A DNA stretch of 63,208 nt, counting the filler, from Folioceros fuciformis (Eukaryota), in NCBI GenBank assembly GCA_049999805.1. It is 5 parts of 3 records of this genome, joined end to end, with 100 filler letters (N's around TTAATTAATTAA, not from the genome) between each part and the next. Parts side by side here need not be neighbours in the genome. Positions count along the whole stretch, not along the records: positions 54,891 to 61,817 come from JBNGIO010005848.1; positions 61,918 to 63,208 come from JBNGIO010005883.1; 3 more parts are not named here. One strand, given 5' to 3'. The notes beneath the pieces are model-generated. The model made no database searches and was not told the origin of the DNA. It worked only from the letters and a program-made list of their open reading frames with translations. Position numbers and translations under genes: made by a program. Every line of letters starts with the position of its first letter. Position 1 is the first letter of the stretch. Below are positions 61,365 through 63,208 of this stretch, one piece after another.

Positions 61365-61917
61365 CTTTGGCAAAGAATCGCAATGATAGTAAATCACAAG
61401 AACATATAGTGCAAAATAAGATTGCACTGGAGGGAAAACAATGAGATAGTATTTGAAGAAGGATGCCTCACATATATAAAGACGTTAGAATAAATTGCTT
61501 GCTAGTTTGTTTGCTTTCATCCATTTCGATCGAGAGTAAGGTTATTATTATTATCAGTACTACTAAAAGTAAATAAAAATAACATGTTAATTTTTTATCT
61601 ATTAATCATGATCTATGTCTTAACTAAGTCACTACATCCTCTTCTTTACTTGAGAAAAATAAGATGGTAAACCTATATACTAAAAACAAGTGAGAAAAAC
61701 CACCAAAATTTACCAAGCCACAAAGGACTAGCCCCTCAAACTGCTAAGCCTAAAAACTACCAACAACCCCTAAGATATCATGGTTCATAAGAGGGAAAGG
61801 TCTACCGACACTAGAGTNNNNNNNNNNNNNNNNNNNNNNNNNNNNNNNNNNNNNNNNNNNNTTAATTAATTAANNNNNNNNNNNNNNNNNNNNNNNNNNN
61901 NNNNNNNNNNNNNNNNN

Positions 61918-62790
61918 GCGGTGGTTGGTATATTGTAATTAATTAATTTGTAAGACATTTTTTTTGCATGCAATAAAGCAACTACTTTGCACGCTACTCC
62001 TAGTCTCCATCTCTGACATGGTATCAGAGCCATGCAGATACGCCTAGAGGAGCTTTGGAATCATGCCGTGATGCAACGCTACTTCTAGGGGCAGACACGG
62101 ATGCAGATTTTTCAGGGAATCTCCCGCTAAAAGTCAACCATCTGGATACGCAGCGCACATCTCCTTTGAGGCTGCGCGCTCCCCTAGAAGGGCAGGTGCC
62201 CGGTGGCAAACCCTCCCCAATCCGCGTTGGTTTCTACCTACGCAAAGCGGAGGCCCCTCCGACGCGCATCGCGCCCATGATTCCTATGCCCCCATGTGTT
62301 ACGCATGCTGCGCGATACAGGATTCCAAGACGCGCGGAGCACCTGCAAGGCACAAAGACAAACCTGACATCAATTCCCTAAAGGGGCTGAGGAAAATTCT
62401 CGACAGATCACAGAATACCCTCAGCCGCGTGGAGAGATTGCTGTCCAGCTTATTGTCCTCCCAAGCCCCCTCTAGGATCATCGCCCAAGGCTGTGCCACA
62501 TGCCCTCAAGTTGGTCAACCCCCAATTGATGAAGCCAAGACAAGCACCCAGCAAATTGCAGAATTTCTGGGCCAAATCTTGGCCACTTCATCAAGATCAG
62601 ACAGCCTCCACTAGATCCTTCCGCTGCAAGGGAGTAGCAGCAATTGAGAGCACCAGATCTGAACCGGCGCGATGCATTCCACGTTCCCTGCCAAGGCCTC
62701 ACTTGGTGCTCCCCCATTGGCCCACCTGGAACACCTCTTCATGTAGTTGGGACACGTCCGTTAGAAAAACCCTAATCACACGCTGGTTTT
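61918..62790 (+). mobile_element. LTR 3' end (to 62018), PBS (62019-62030) and leader of another LTR retrotransposon; right boundary uncertain
   Basis: ...CTGACA followed directly by TGGTATCAGAGC. Confidence 0.7.
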
Positions 62791-63208
62791 AGGGTTTGTA
62801 GCTACATAACCGACGCACCCCTACGTTGCAATTACCCCTGGCGAGACCTATAATTGGGCTCAGTATCCAGCAGCCACCACTGTTGATGGCCCCTGAACTC
62901 TGCGCCCAACTAGGTCTCGCTGGAGACAACACGACGTGAGTAAGTGAGACAGGGACAGGCAGTAGTGAGACCCACCATCACGGCTGCATAGCTTAGGTGT
63001 TCATGTTCACCGCTGCACAGCTTAATTCCCTCATTTGTGGTTTCCAGAACCTCACACTACACCCTAATCCACAATCAGCTATGGCATCTAGCAGTCTACC
63101 TACCTTCACCTCGGAACTTATGGAGAAGGATAGGTTCAAAGGGCATGGGTACAACGTCTGAAGGGTGAGGATGAAGGCCACCTTGCTGGCCAGGGGAGTT
63201 TGGACCAC

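Overview
Eukaryotic nuclear DNA from a seed-free land plant. A hornwort is inferred from short (~80-100 bp) introns, dense genes, TTTAGGG-type repeats and PPR editing factors of both WW-type and HAE/GRP-type (DYW:KP). Four 100-nt spacers containing TTAATTAATTAA are artificial contig linkers, so adjacency across them is unproven. Genes: the 3' end of an acetylornithine aminotransferase, tRNA-Ser(AGA), a secreted double alpha/beta-hydrolase, an ATL RING-H2 ligase, MDAR4, an atypical intronless MAPK, a PPR-CBS gene followed 44 nt later by ALG13, four PLS-class PPR loci (two intact, one truncated, one pseudogene) and a bulb-lectin pseudogene. Copia, Gypsy and non-LTR retroelements lie between them. 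Main findings: (1) all four PLS-PPR loci carry an intact or decayed N-terminal OSB-type PDF nucleic-acid-binding motif, including an intact candidate U-to-C editase; (2) a candidate bicistronic PPR-CBS/ALG13 locus; (3) a PHD-finger Gypsy integrase; (4) bacterial-like and fungal-like horizontal-transfer candidates. All family assignments come from motif recognition by eye; no searches were run.
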